Shown here piece after piece: positions 63,524-64,000 of a stretch of 64,000 nt of DNA (position 1 is the stretch's first letter; every line of letters begins with the position of its first letter). The DNA lies in NCBI GenBank assembly GCA_040954595.2, contig CM082589.2, positions 3,982,213 through 4,046,212 of the forward strand. Reading direction: 5' to 3'. The translations under genes were made by a program, and so were the position numbers. The stretch is from Balanoglossus misakiensis (lineage: Eukaryota; Animalia; Hemichordata). Below the pieces are notes generated by a model that saw only the letters and a program-made list of their open reading frames with translations, had not been told where the DNA came from and did no database searches.

Positions 63524-64000
63524 GTAAGGCCTAAAATATTGTGCTCTGTGTATATCGTATCATTGACCCGCCGTTCCTGTTTGTTGGTACATATATAAAC
63601 TAAAGCATATATATACCACCGAGTTTCCCCATCTCACATGGAAATATTGCAATAATTTATCTCATAGCCATGTGGTCAGTAATCCGCAAACCATGCGAGC
63701 GCATCAATCGATATTATTTGCCCCCCCCCCCCCCGTTTCCAGGGTACCAAGGACGCGCGCGCGCGCGGGTTTAACTTAATCAAGTGTGAGAAACTGTGAC
63801 TAAGAATGCAATTTCTTTTGCGTAATTTGTTCATTTGGTACCATTATAAATGCCAAGCTAAATGCTAGCGTCTCAAGATATCGGCGCGAGGAGAAGTCGA
63901 GAAAGTCATCGGCCTTCGCGGGGCCTTGACATTCAAGACAAAGACATTATTCCTTCAAAGAATCTTGGGGGCGTGGCAAAGAATTACGGATACATTGAAA

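Noticed and set aside
1-64000. tRNA, rRNA, CRISPR arrays or prokaryotic operons
   Set aside because: None recognised; the window is spliceosomal-intron-containing animal DNA. Small ncRNAs cannot be excluded without a covariance-model search.

Overview
This is gene-dense, intron-containing animal genomic DNA. The gene content, GT-AG introns, TACATGTA-rich spacers and TTAA-flanked MITEs suggest a marine invertebrate deuterostome such as a hemichordate, echinoderm or amphioxus (inference only). I spliced exons by hand and found nine genes, all on the + strand: (1) the 3' half of a TRPC channel with a very long S3-S4 loop; (2) a single-CABIT THEMIS/GAREM-family protein; (3) a TRH-receptor-like class A GPCR with an intronless CDS; (4) a tandem-CABIT adaptor with a phosphotyrosine/proline-rich repeat linker and a C-terminal SAM-like domain; (5) a cytosolic sulfotransferase; (6) PTER; (7) a peroxidasin that appears to lack the vWC domain; (8) a protein with three ~125-aa beta-rich repeats and a PKD1/REJ-type GAIN-GPS domain that stops 30 residues after the HL|T cleavage site with no transmembrane segment; (9) the first exon of an unidentified gene. 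There are also several MITE-like inverted repeats, local tandem duplications and microsatellites. The strongest candidates for new biology are the membrane-less GAIN/GPS protein and the pair of THEMIS-like CABIT adaptors. All gene models are manual and have no transcript support.
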